DNA of 63,003 nucleotides, the filler included. It is 7 parts of 7 records of this genome, joined end to end, with 100 filler letters (N's around TTAATTAATTAA, not from the genome) between each part and the next. Parts side by side here need not be neighbours in the genome. Positions count along the whole stretch, not along the records: positions 1 to 29,556 come from SRR20825014_65; 6 more parts are not named here. The stretch is one strand, 5' to 3'. Of this stretch, positions 20,005 to 29,556 are shown piece by piece. The position numbers and the translations under genes were made by a program. The stretch's first letter is position 1, and the number at the start of each line of letters is the position of its first letter. The notes under the pieces are model-generated. The model did not search any database and had not been told where the DNA came from. It saw only the letters and a program-made list of their open reading frames with translations.

Positions 20005-20006
20005 TG

Positions 20007-20064
20007 AAAAAAGCGCCGCAGGGTTGCTTGCGTGCTTGCGAGGACCAGGGAGAGCCCTGCGGCG
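20007..20064 (-). terminator. long-loop terminator downstream of the TorF-like gene
   Basis: CGCCGCAGGG/CCCTGCGGCG arms with a T run on the minus strand. Confidence 0.6.
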
Positions 20065-20105
20065 TAAACAGTGGGCGACCGGAGTCGCCCAGGTAACCTT
20101 GTGGC

Positions 20106-20849
20106 TTAGAGCGGGAAGCTGTAGCCGACAACGAACAGCGGATCTTGCTCATCGGATACCGCAGCAAACTCGTCGCTATCTACAACCTTGGACACGGTAA
20201 AGGTCAGGTTTTCGATAGGAGAGTAGCTAAGATCCACGTGGGTATAGTTGGCGTCGTCCGCATCCAGATCCCAGGTACCTACGGTCAGACCAAACGCGTC
20301 GTATTCGTAGCCCAGGGTCAGGTAAAGGTCGTCACCAAAGTTCTCTTTATCAGAGTTGCTCAGGTTGTTTGCGCTCACGTAACCGGTGAAGGTGAAGCCG
20401 GCCATGCCAACACTGGCAATCAGTTCAGCCAGTTCCCCAGCACCAACATCATCTTCCGGATACACATAAGTCCAGTAGGAAATGTCGTAGCTCAGGCCGC
20501 CTGCTTCGCCACCGAAACCAGCGTAGAAGTCCGTTTCAGTGGAGGTTGTGCCGGAGCCCTCAACCGGAGTGACACCAGGCGCTACAACGTTAGCTTCACC
20601 GGTGAAGCTAACCGGGGTGCCAGCAGAAGAAACCCAGGAACCTGCGTAGAAGCCCATTTCGGTGGTGAAGTCCAGGCTGCCGGAAACGTTGGCGGTACCT
20701 GCGGACACGTCCTGACCACGCCACAAGTACATGCTGGCGATACCCAGGCTACCGCTGACTTCTGCAGCTGCCATAGACGGAGCCACCACGCTTGCTGCCG
20801 CAATAGTGGAAGCAATAAGCGTTTTCTTCAGACCAAATACGTTTTTCAT
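20106..20849 (-). CDS. TorF/TIGR02001 family putative porin
   Basis: Signal peptide, SMYLWRG, GFYAGSWVS, ETDFYAGF and C-terminal VGYSFPL. Confidence 0.85.
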   Translation of the reverse strand: MKNVFGLKKTLIASTIAAASVVAPSMAAAEVSGSLGIASMYLWRGQDVSAGTANVSGSLDFTTEMGFYAGSWVSSAGTPVSFTGEANVVAPGVTPVEGSGTTSTETDFYAGFGGEAGGLSYDISYWTYVYPEDDVGAGELAELIASVGMAGFTFTGYVSANNLSNSDKENFGDDLYLTLGYEYDAFGLTVGTWDLDADDANYTHVDLSYSPIENLTFTVSKVVDSDEFAAVSDEQDPLFVVGYSFPL

Positions 20850-20926
20850 GTGCAACCCTCTTAACAAGTCTAATTTTTTCAAGTGTGCGCAGGTGGCGCA
20901 CCGCCTATCAGGCTCGAAAGAGATAA

Positions 20927-20942
20927 TGCAGAGAGTGTGCCA
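20927..20942 (-). promoter_or_regulatory. sigma54 (-24/-12) promoter
   Basis: Minus strand reads TGGCACACTCTCTGCA, with correct GG-N10-GC spacing. Confidence 0.7.
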
Positions 20943-21028
20943 GTTTTTATTTTTCTTTATTTAACAGTGGGTTGAGATTATCGGGAGGGAAGGAGAAGGG
21001 GGTAACAGAGCTGCAATGTAAAAGGAGG

Positions 21029-21056
21029 TGCACCGCAATAGTGCAGTGCACCAAAA
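21029..21056. promoter_or_regulatory. NtrC-type enhancer site(s)
   Basis: TGCACCGCAATAGTGCA plus an adjacent TGCACCA half-site, about 90 bp upstream of the -24 box. Confidence 0.65.
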
Positions 21057-21063
21057 AGGATTT

Positions 21064-21546
21064 TTATTGCGGGCATTTCCAGTCAATTTGCACGGCGTCA
21101 GCGGAGTGGCCGTTGCTATCGGTCAATGACAGGCCACATTGCGTCTGGGTGTAGTTAAATTGTGCCTGGTAGTGCTCGCCGGCAAGCGCTTCAAATTGAA
21201 GGGCTACCTTGCAGCGATTCCGCTTGGTGCTATTAGTGCTTTTCTGGTTGTAGATAATGCCAATCCGGGCTTGCGGGGATGCCTGCAGGACGGTCGTGAC
21301 TTCCGGGCTTTTCTTCATGGCTTCCATCAGCTCATTCATGCTGTCGCCGCCAATTGGCTGTTGGGCAATCGAGTAATCCGTGGACTGGAAGCCCTCGCCG
21401 GGGACACAGATCACGGGCTGGGCGGCCGTATCGTTGCTGGTAAAGGTGATCTCGGCGGTGTCATCACCATAGGGTTGCTGGTAGCCGCTGAAGTGGTGAC
21501 AGCCGCTGAATAGCAAGGCGAGAGCCGGAACAAGCAGAGGTTTCAT
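21064..21546 (-). CDS. hypothetical lipoprotein
   Basis: MKPLLVPALALLFSGC lipobox; four further Cys. Confidence 0.75.
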   Translation of the reverse strand: MKPLLVPALALLFSGCHHFSGYQQPYGDDTAEITFTSNDTAAQPVICVPGEGFQSTDYSIAQQPIGGDSMNELMEAMKKSPEVTTVLQASPQARIGIIYNQKSTNSTKRNRCKVALQFEALAGEHYQAQFNYTQTQCGLSLTDSNGHSADAVQIDWKCPQ

Positions 21547-21650
21547 ACCGGGTTTCCTGAAAGTCGAGTTTGGGCAAGTGTAAGGCAGTGGGGGTTGTGA
21601 CCCAACCTTGTGCACAAACAATGCAATTGCAGGGCCAATTTCCGTTTAGT

Positions 21651-22697
21651 TCAGTGATTGTCCAGAAACCAGTGCTGGATGGCTTGTTGGGTCAGGTGGT
21701 TGCGCTCACTCGCAGAGGGTAGCCAGTTGCCGGCGTTACTGGCCATGGCGGTGAGGAATTCAAAGAAAGGCAGGTGCTGGCGCAAAACCCGGTGATGGCG
21801 GTGGCTGATCATTGGATTGAAGTAACCGAAGAAATCCAGCATCTGGCGTGGGTTTTTGCGCACCCAGAGCCAGGACCCCATTTCCAGGGTGAAGGGCAGA
21901 AAGGTGTGATCCGGCTGCTGTTCCTGGGCGTCGTCGTACAGGTAATCCCAGAGATCCCCGTGGGTGGTGTAGTTAATCGACTGCGGCTCGATCAGGTAGG
22001 GATGGTGATTCGGGTAGGTTTGCTCAAAGACCTGTTTGAGCCGGTATACCTCGGCAATATGTGGAATGGGCCGATGACTTCGCGCGTAGCAACACCAGAC
22101 CCGGTCCCGGCGGCCAAAGCCGCTGTGGCAATCCAGGCTCATGGAGAACGGTGAAGAAAACAATTTTTCTCGCACGGTGCGGATCACCGCCTGGGCCTCG
22201 GGCTCCATGGGCTCACCCCTTTTTCCCCGATACCAGGGCAAGTGCCGGCTGATGCGATGGCCGCCGACCAGAAAAGGGACCTTGCCCATGGCGTCAATCG
22301 GGGCGTTGCGCATCAAATCCACCCCGTTGGGATTGCTACGTGTACGCCGCCAGATCCCGCCTGGATTGATCATGGGCATGAAAACCAGACGTACCTTTTC
22401 CAGGCGCCGGTGAAGCTGATCATCCCATTGCAGGCGGTGAATCAGGCTATGTAACCATGACATCAACACTTGGCTGCCAATGCGTTCGACGCCATGTACG
22501 CCGCCGAAAAAACCTATCACCGGTGCGTTGGGCGATTGGCTGCCCAGCTCGATCACATGAATCGGCAGGGAGATTTGACCCATGGGCACCTGATGCACCG
22601 TGGTCACGCGTAAATGCCGTTCCCCGTGGCGGATCAATGCATCCAGTTCCAGCAGTTCCGGCAGGTGGCGTTGCAGCAGGTAGAGCTTTTCTTCCAT
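21651..22697 (-). CDS. M14-family zinc carboxypeptidase-like protein
   Basis: GVHGVE, NPGG, RSNPNGVDLMRN, DCHSG and TLEMG. Confidence 0.88.
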   Translation of the reverse strand: MEEKLYLLQRHLPELLELDALIRHGERHLRVTTVHQVPMGQISLPIHVIELGSQSPNAPVIGFFGGVHGVERIGSQVLMSWLHSLIHRLQWDDQLHRRLEKVRLVFMPMINPGGIWRRTRSNPNGVDLMRNAPIDAMGKVPFLVGGHRISRHLPWYRGKRGEPMEPEAQAVIRTVREKLFSSPFSMSLDCHSGFGRRDRVWCCYARSHRPIPHIAEVYRLKQVFEQTYPNHHPYLIEPQSINYTTHGDLWDYLYDDAQEQQPDHTFLPFTLEMGSWLWVRKNPRQMLDFFGYFNPMISHRHHRVLRQHLPFFEFLTAMASNAGNWLPSASERNHLTQQAIQHWFLDNH

Positions 22698-22993
22698 AGG
22701 TCACTTTCGTCCACGGTGACGCTTACCTTAACGGCAATGGATAACAGAAATGTGACGATATGAGCGGCGGGCGATAAGCCACTGTCTTCAGGCGGCAGCA
22801 CGGGTTGGGGCTGATGGGGTTTCCCGTGTTACCTCTTGTCGCTTCAAGCTTGTGGTTCTCTCTTCCCTTTCACCAAAGTGTGATGGTGCTGTCAGCAGAG
22901 TGTCATGACGGGTTTCTAGCGTGAAGAGCAAGGGTTTCATCGCATGACGGGCGGAGTGCTTCGTTCGGATGTCATCACAACGGAAGGGCGACT

Positions 22994-23734
22994 GTGGCCA
23001 AGCCAGACATTCAGCCTCACGATTCTGTTGATACATTGCGCACCGGTGATCTGCTGCTGTTTTCCGGTCGGGGGTTTACCAGCGATGTGATTCGGGTATT
23101 TACCCGCAGCCCCTGGAGTCATATAGGCATGGTGCTTCACCTGCCTGGCCAGCCGGAGCCGCTGGTGCTGGAATCCACTACTCTCAGTGAATCCCCGGAT
23201 GTGACCCTCGGCCACCCGATTGCCGGCGTGGCGCTGGTTCCGTTACACAGAAAAATCCGGGATTACCCGGGGGCGGTAGCGGTACGTCGCCGGCACGGAC
23301 CCAACCTGTCAGAGCGCCAGCAGCGCATGGTGGCTCGCATGGCGCGCCGACTGCTGCATCGCCCCTATAAAAATTATGTGTTCTGTAATGCGTTGGATGT
23401 GCTGACCGGGTTTACCCGCCGGCCAGACCAGCGTGGCTGGTTCTGTTCCGAGCTGGTGGCCGAGCTCTATCGTCGCCTTGGCTGGTTACCCCTGGATACC
23501 CGTCCAAGCACCCTGGTGCCCGGCCATTTTGGTTCGCGTCATATGCGTCTGCAGCATGGCAAGCTGGGCCCCGTGGAATGGCTCAAACCTGAATTGCCAT
23601 GGCGCCCGATGCGCGGTGAGGCCGATGATGCGCTTACAGCCAGCGCCGCACCTTCTTCCTGTATGCCTGCCACTGCTCACCAAACTGTTGGGCATGAAAC
23701 GTTTCTTCCGCCGCGATCACATGTTGCTGGATAA
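22994..23734 (+). CDS. YiiX/YaeF-like permuted papain (NlpC/P60) hydrolase
   Basis: GDLLLFSG, WSHIGMV and FCSELVA (His before Cys). Confidence 0.8.
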   Translation: MAKPDIQPHDSVDTLRTGDLLLFSGRGFTSDVIRVFTRSPWSHIGMVLHLPGQPEPLVLESTTLSESPDVTLGHPIAGVALVPLHRKIRDYPGAVAVRRRHGPNLSERQQRMVARMARRLLHRPYKNYVFCNALDVLTGFTRRPDQRGWFCSELVAELYRRLGWLPLDTRPSTLVPGHFGSRHMRLQHGKLGPVEWLKPELPWRPMRGEADDALTASAAPSSCMPATAHQTVGHETFLPPRSHVAG

Positions 23735-24095
23735 CCCAGATGACAGGCACCCACATCACCAGCATGCCGGTGCTGTGTTGAGCCATTGCCATGGCCAGAT
23801 GCAGACAGGCAAAGCCCAGGTAGATGGGATTACGGCTGAGCGAAAACACGCCGCCGGTGAGCAGGGCATTGGCTGCCCGGTGGGGCATCAATGTGGTGTG
23901 GGCCCGGCGCAGTTGAATTACCGCACTGGCGGCAAGCCCGATCCCGATAAGCGCGAGCACCACGGTGACCCATTGCTGGCCCGGAAAGTGTACCGCCGGA
24001 AGGGACAGTGCACGGTCCAGCCCGTATCCCATCAGCAGCCCGCCCAGAAAGAGAGCTGGCGGCGGCATCATGACCTGGGGATGTTCGAGCGACAT
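23634..24095 (-). CDS. isoprenylcysteine carboxyl methyltransferase (ICMT/PEMT) family protein
   Basis: GVFSLSRNPIYLG, EE and FG..W.AY..KVRRWL. Confidence 0.88.
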   Translation of the reverse strand: MSLEHPQVMMPPPALFLGGLLMGYGLDRALSLPAVHFPGQQWVTVVLALIGIGLAASAVIQLRRAHTTLMPHRAANALLTGGVFSLSRNPIYLGFACLHLAMAMAQHSTGMLVMWVPVIWVIQQHVIAAEETFHAQQFGEQWQAYRKKVRRWL

Positions 24096-24367
24096 GGGAT
24101 TTCCTTCTGTGATGTTTGTTTGTCGGTATGCGGGGCCAAGGTCTGATTGTATCTGCCTCAGGCCGTTTTTATCACGAGAAATACCGGGCCAATGTCGGCC
24201 AGGTCAACACTGCACCGGACCGCGTTGCACACAGTGAACGCAAGGAGAGGCAAAAGATTGAGCAATGCACTATTGATCGTTTGTGAAAAGCTGGGTTATG
24301 GTAATTCCAATCCCGCCTTTGTGGGAGTGATCGCGATCAAAAGCTGAAAAAGCTTAATGCAACTGAA

Positions 24368-24448
24368 CCGCCAAAGGGCTTAAACCGTGGCGGCAGGCGC
24401 AGGCGTCACTCTCGCAGTCCCAGATTTGACGTCAAGCCTCAGCCGCCA
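24368..24448 (+). promoter_or_regulatory. structured 5' leader upstream of PIN-PhoH (candidate)
   Basis: TGGCGGC (24388-94) can pair with GCCGCCA (24442-48) or with CCGCCA (24368-73). Confidence 0.35.
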
Positions 24449-24490
24449 AAACGAAGCAACCGTACCGTCTAACCTGTATAGGGGATACGC

Positions 24491-25957
24491 ATGGAAGAGC
24501 GCGCGGCCAGACGCCACACCCTTTCCGTCAACCACGCAAGCGCCAGTCAGAACGACAGTTCGACCTTCGAAGAAGACCAGAAAAAAACCTACGTTATCGA
24601 TACCAATGTGCTGATTCACGATCCCAACTCGTTACTGAATTTCGAGGAACATCGGGTCGTGATTCCCATGACGGTGCTGGAGGAACTGGACAAGCTCAAG
24701 AGTGGAAAGTCACACACGGCGGCGGATTGCCGTGCCGCGATTCGGCAGATCGACAAGGTGTTGGGTAGTGCGACACCGGAGCAGGTGGAAGAAGGGATTC
24801 CCATTCCCCGTGGTGGCGATAATGCGCCCCAGGGCACCCTTACCGTCTTGATGGCGGAGCAGAACAAGACCTCTGCGCCGCTGCCCAATGACTTGAATGA
24901 CAACCGTATTATCAATGATGTGGTTGCCATGAAAGACCAGTTCCCGGACCGCCGTTATATTCTGGTGACCAAGGACATCAACATGCGCCTCAAGGCGCGG
25001 GCATGCGGTATCGAATCGGAGGATTATCACAACGACCAATTGGTGTCAGACATCAAGCAGCTGACCCGGGGTTATTTTGAAGTGCCCGGCTCGTTCTGGG
25101 ACCAGGTCACCCAGGTGGAAACCGAGCAGGTGGGCGTGGACACCCTGCACCATCTGTCCCACGGCTTGCTGGTCAGTGAAATTCTGGGTGAAGAGGTCTA
25201 TCCCAATCAGTATATCGTTGATGAACAGGGGTTTATCGGCCGGGTGATGACGGTGGAAAACGGGGTGGTGACGCTTCGTCATTATAAGGCGGACAGCCTG
25301 ATGGAGCAGGAAGCCTGGGGCCTGAAACCGATGAACATTCAGCAGGCTATTGCCCTGCAGATGTTACTGGACCCGGATGTGCACATTGTCACGCTGACCG
25401 GAGCGGCCGGGTCAGGGAAAACCATTCTGGCGCTGGCGGCGGCCATCGAAATGACCGTGGAGCAGAAAAGCTTTAACAAGATTATTGCTACCCGCTCCAC
25501 GCCACCACTGGCGGAAGATCATGGCTTTCTGCCCGGCACGGAAGAGGAAAAGATGGACCCGTGGCTGGGGGCCATCAATGACAATATCGAGGCGTTACAC
25601 CTGAATGATGAGAACCCGTCCGGGAGCATCCAGTATGTGAAAGAACGCGCCAATATCCAGTTCAAGGCGATGAACTATATCCGTGGGCGCAGTTTCCAGA
25701 AATCCCTGATCCTGATTGATGAGAGCCAGAATCTGACCCCCCACCAGATGAAGGCGATCATTACCCGGGCAGGTGAAGGTTCCAAGGTGGTGTGCCTGGG
25801 CAACCTGGCACAAATCGACACGCCCTACCTGTCGCCCACCAGCTCCGGGCTGACTTACATGACCGAACGCTTCAAACGGTTCGAGCATGGTGGCTCGGTG
25901 CAGCTGAACGGGGTGCCCAGGTCCAAGTTGGCGGAATACGCGGAATCGTTTCTCTGA
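24491..25957 (+). CDS. PIN-PhoH (PhoH2-type) protein
   Basis: PIN motifs YVIDTNVLIHDP and VTKDINMRLKA; ATPase motifs GAAGSGKT, RGRSF and DESQN. Confidence 0.93.
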   Translation: MEERAARRHTLSVNHASASQNDSSTFEEDQKKTYVIDTNVLIHDPNSLLNFEEHRVVIPMTVLEELDKLKSGKSHTAADCRAAIRQIDKVLGSATPEQVEEGIPIPRGGDNAPQGTLTVLMAEQNKTSAPLPNDLNDNRIINDVVAMKDQFPDRRYILVTKDINMRLKARACGIESEDYHNDQLVSDIKQLTRGYFEVPGSFWDQVTQVETEQVGVDTLHHLSHGLLVSEILGEEVYPNQYIVDEQGFIGRVMTVENGVVTLRHYKADSLMEQEAWGLKPMNIQQAIALQMLLDPDVHIVTLTGAAGSGKTILALAAAIEMTVEQKSFNKIIATRSTPPLAEDHGFLPGTEEEKMDPWLGAINDNIEALHLNDENPSGSIQYVKERANIQFKAMNYIRGRSFQKSLILIDESQNLTPHQMKAIITRAGEGSKVVCLGNLAQIDTPYLSPTSSGLTYMTERFKRFEHGGSVQLNGVPRSKLAEYAESFL

Positions 25958-26006
25958 ATTTATAATTAATAACTTCGCGAGCCACTTCAGCTTTAGCCTG
26001 AAATGT

Positions 26007-26044
26007 AAGAGGCCGCGCCCTGTTTGGGTGCGGCCTCTTTTTTT
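26007..26044 (+). terminator. intrinsic terminator
   Basis: AAGAGGCCGCGCCC/GGGTGCGGCCTCTT followed by a T run. Confidence 0.85.
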
Positions 26045-26085
26045 AAAACAATATGACCTGGTTGGGGTCAGTTATTAATTGTTAA

Positions 26086-27090
26086 CTATTCATTATTAAT
26101 TATGTTCCTGCACGCCTCGGACTGATAGAAACCGTCCAGCACCCACTCGATAAAGGGTTCCAGTACGCCTTGTTCAACCAGAACACTGGCGCCTCGGGCC
26201 AGTGCCGGCGTGGCGATCTCGCGGATCCGTTCTTCACTGATCTGCATGCCCTCAAGGACGCTTTTCAGTGGTTTCTCCATCAGCGATGCCACGGCTGCCT
26301 GGATGCCCACGCTGACCAGACGGCGGGTGTACGCCAGACGGGCACTTTCATCGGTAATCGCGCAACTTTGCGCCACCACTTCCGTCACGGCGCCGTCGGG
26401 CACCATTTTCATGTAATTTGCCGGTTTAAGCGGGGCGATGCGGTGGTAGCCATCGCGGGCCAGTTGCTGAATTCGCTCGTTGGTTAATTGCTTATTCAGC
26501 CATTGCTCACCGGTTTTCAGGGTGACGCGAATATTCTTTTGCAGATAGGTGCGAATGGATTCTTCCATGCCGCCCATGGCTTTGCCGACCACACTCTTGC
26601 GGCCTATCTTCATCATGCTGCTAACACCGGGCAGTTTCGCCAGCGCATTTTCTTCCAGCAGGAAATTCTTGATGCCGGTATAGAGCATTTCACTGACCAT
26701 TTCGCTGACCAGTGGATGGTTCATGGCTGCGTGGATGGCTTTTTCCCGCAGGCTTTGCAGTTTTAGTACTTGTTCGAGAATGGCCTCGAAGTGTTCCTCG
26801 CGAAGCAGCTCACCGATGGTGGCGTCATCCTGCTCCGCAGCGTCCCACACGGCAAGGCTCACATCGTTGATGACGTCCTGCAATCCGCGGGCACTGAGCG
26901 CTTCCTGCAACCACTGATCGACCACCTGTACAAGACTGTCCTGATCCACCAGGTTGCCGAGCGGAATGTCAGTAAGCAGGTTGCTCGCTTGAGCCATGAG
27001 GCTCTGCCAGTGTTCCGGGTCCTGAAGCTGTTGACTCAGATGTGCCTTGTGAGCATCGCGCAGGGCGCTGACCAGGGTATTGGAGGACAT
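26086..27090 (-). CDS. hypothetical all-helical protein
   Basis: 334-aa ORF with a GAGG RBS; no motif recognised. Confidence 0.75.
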   Translation of the reverse strand: MSSNTLVSALRDAHKAHLSQQLQDPEHWQSLMAQASNLLTDIPLGNLVDQDSLVQVVDQWLQEALSARGLQDVINDVSLAVWDAAEQDDATIGELLREEHFEAILEQVLKLQSLREKAIHAAMNHPLVSEMVSEMLYTGIKNFLLEENALAKLPGVSSMMKIGRKSVVGKAMGGMEESIRTYLQKNIRVTLKTGEQWLNKQLTNERIQQLARDGYHRIAPLKPANYMKMVPDGAVTEVVAQSCAITDESARLAYTRRLVSVGIQAAVASLMEKPLKSVLEGMQISEERIREIATPALARGASVLVEQGVLEPFIEWVLDGFYQSEACRNIINNE

Positions 27091-27535
27091 GGTGATACAA
27101 CCTCGTTGTTATTCGGTTCTGGGTATTGAAGATCCCGGGCCTGGCGATGGGACGCAGACCCCCGCTTCGCGGTAGAGCGCATGGCTCCGAAAGCTATCTT
27201 GCGGCATTCGCACCACGCTGTATGTAACCGGGAAGACTGCTGCCGGAGGCGCTAGTGCAAACGTTACAGACGCAGTGCGGTGGTGTGTATGCCGGGTACG
27301 GTTTGCTACCAGAATGGATTGGCATCGGCGTGCGGTATGTTTTGCACCGTTGGTCAAAATTTATGCGGTTTCGGTCGGTATGCATGGGTCTGCATAATTA
27401 GAGGCGCCTATTCTGAATCGAGCGGGGCGCCAATATGTCTGGACATCCAGTCTGGTAGTCAGTGTGCGGGCAGGCCTGTGAGGTCTGGTATCAAGTTTGA
27501 ACCGCGACAGCATTTGGCGGACGCCTGATTTTTTA

Positions 27536-27577
27536 TTGATGCAGCGCAATGCTTGGTATCCGAGTGTGGCGTTCAAT
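27536..27577 (+). promoter_or_regulatory. FNR/ANR-like box with -10 element
   Basis: TTGATGCAGCGCAA (27536-49) and TTCAAT (27572-77) at class II spacing. Confidence 0.5.
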
Positions 27578-27638
27578 GGTGCCGTGTTGACCCATCAGGG
27601 GATTCACTCCGGGTTTTTGAATGAATAAGGGGAAGGGT

Positions 27639-28322
27639 ATGAAACTGCGCGGACAGGGAAAAAGTGTGTTGATGTTGTCCACCGTCTTGTTGGCCGGGCC
27701 TGTCGTGGCTCATCAATCCGGTGACTTCATCGTACGCATGGGGGGGATCAAGGTTGCTCCTGATGTGAGCAGTGATGCTTTCGATTCGGCATTGCCAGTA
27801 GTTGGCGGGCTGGAGGTCGATGTGGACGATGATACCCAGTTGGGGCTGACGTTCGCTTATATGGTGACAGACAACATCGGTGTTGAACTGGTCGGGGCAA
27901 CGCCGTTCACCCATGACATCATTCTGGATACCGGGGGAAGTGGGGTGGTGATTGGCGAAACCAGCCATTTGCCACCGACGTTGCTGGCGCAGTTTTATGC
28001 TCCCCAGTTGGGTCCTGTACGCGGGTATCTTGGAGCCGGGGTGAACTACACGCTGTTTTTCGATGACAGCATTGATGATGCCGTAGTGAGTCCTTTGCTG
28101 GGCGGTGCTGATGTGGATGTGAAGCTGAGCAATTCCGTGGGCTTTGCCTGGGAAGTGGGGGCGGATTTCCTCATCAATGAAAACTGGCTGCTCAATGCTA
28201 GCGTCTGGAATATCGATATCGATACCGAAGCGCGGCTGTATGTGAACGACGCTCGGGTGGATAAAATCGATGTTGAAATTGACCCTTGGGTCTACATGGT
28301 CGGCGTGGGCTATCGTTTTTAG
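27639..28322 (+). CDS. ompW: OmpW/AlkL family outer membrane protein
   Basis: AHQSGDFIVRMG, ATPFTH, LPPTL, YLGAGVNYT and IDPWVYMVGVGYRF. Confidence 0.92.
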   Translation: MKLRGQGKSVLMLSTVLLAGPVVAHQSGDFIVRMGGIKVAPDVSSDAFDSALPVVGGLEVDVDDDTQLGLTFAYMVTDNIGVELVGATPFTHDIILDTGGSGVVIGETSHLPPTLLAQFYAPQLGPVRGYLGAGVNYTLFFDDSIDDAVVSPLLGGADVDVKLSNSVGFAWEVGADFLINENWLLNASVWNIDIDTEARLYVNDARVDKIDVEIDPWVYMVGVGYRF

Positions 28323-28329
28323 GGGGTAT

Positions 28330-28464
28330 TACACGCTTCACGCAGCACCTTGAACGCTGTCGTAAAGTCACGGTGAACTTGGACGACATGGGCGGAGAGT
28401 ATGGTGAACGATCTCCGCCCTGTGTCTTCTGGTTTGGCGTGTAGCGTGTGGCGTGTTGCTTCCA
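28330..28464. repeat. inverted heptamer arrays flanking a GC hairpin
   Basis: NNCACGC units at 28330-57, GCGTGNN units at 28437-64, inner stem GGGCGGAGA/TCTCCGCCC. Confidence 0.55.
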
Positions 28465-28490
28465 GCGGATTTAGCTAGTGTGAACAGGCC

Positions 28491-28811
28491 CTAAGCCATT
28501 TCTTCCAGGCATTCCGGGAATTGCTGGCGAAACACCTCGTAGCCGCCGTCCAGGCTGACGGCATTGCTGAAGCCTTGTTCGCCCAGCCAGTCCGCAGCAT
28601 TCTGACTGCTGTTGCCGTGGTAGCAGTACACCACCAAGGCTTGGTGCGCAGCGGTGTTGGCGAGAAACTGATCCACGTTGGCCTGGCTTAAATGCACCGC
28701 ACCTTGTAGGTGTCCGGCGGCAAAGCTGGCAGGGTCGCGGATATCGACAAACAGAGTATCACCCCGATCAAACAGGTTTTTTCCATCCGTAGGGCTGATT
28801 CGCGTTGCCAT
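28491..28811 (-). CDS. glpE: thiosulfate sulfurtransferase GlpE (single rhodanese)
   Basis: VDIRDP.SF..GH, VYCYHGNSSQ and SLDGG. Confidence 0.9.
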   Translation of the reverse strand: MATRISPTDGKNLFDRGDTLFVDIRDPASFAAGHLQGAVHLSQANVDQFLANTAAHQALVVYCYHGNSSQNAADWLGEQGFSNAVSLDGGYEVFRQQFPECLEEMA

Positions 28812-28813
28812 GG

Positions 28814-29556
28814 TCAGTCCTTCTTTTCTGCGTTTTGCGTGGTGTCGTTGCCCGGCGTTTTCACTGGGGCAGCCGTTTCTTTCTCGGCCAGCAGATCGGC
28901 GGGCGGGTATTCGCATTCCAGCTTCATGCCGATGGCGTTTTCCAGTTCCGGCAACAGGAAGGCATCGTCTTCACAGGCGAAGCTGATTGACATGCCGCTG
29001 GCGCCGGCGCGGCCGGTGCGGCCGATGCGGTGTACGTAATCTTCCGGGTCTTCCGGCAGATTGTAGTTCACCACATGGGAGACGCCGTCGATGTGGATGC
29101 CTCGACCTGCCACGTCGGTGGCGATCAGTACCTGCAGATCACCGGCTCGGAAACGTTCCAAAGTCTTGCTGCGCTGGGTCTGCGGCACGTCGCCGGAAAT
29201 CAGAGAGACTTTCAGCCCTTTCTTGTGCAATCGGTCGCTGACCCGGCGGGTAATATCCCGGCGGTTGGCAAACACGATCACCTTGTCCATGTTCATGCCG
29301 GTGATCAGGTTATAGAGCAGCTTGAACTTGTCGTCGGTATTGGTGATGTAGACCTTCTGCTCGACGGTGTCGGTGGTGACCTGAGTAGGCTCGATCTCCA
29401 CTACTTCTGCGTCCTGGGTCCAGCGACGGGACAGGTTCATCACATCGTCGTTGAAAGTGGCTGAGAACAGCTGGGTCTGACGGTACTGGCTTTTCGGGGT
29501 CATGCCGACAATGCGTTTCACATCGGGGATAAAGCCCATGTCCAGCATGCGGTCGG
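28814..29556 (-). CDS. rhlB: DEAD-box RNA helicase RhlB, 5'-truncated by contig end
   Basis: [24 protein letters not shown] and [12 protein letters not shown]. Confidence 0.85.

Noticed and set aside
23634..23734. 101-bp convergent overlap between the YiiX-like and ICMT-like genes
   Set aside because: The overlapping tail looks like unstructured run-on; no evidence of a functional antisense system.
7386..25957. Two PhoH-family genes on one contig
   Set aside because: YbeZ and PIN-PhoH are distinct subfamilies that commonly coexist; not a recent duplication or a toxin-antitoxin pair, and no antitoxin ORF was seen.
27320..27333. TGGCATCGGCGTGC, sigma54-like
   Set aside because: GG-to-GC spacing is 9 nt rather than the required 10.
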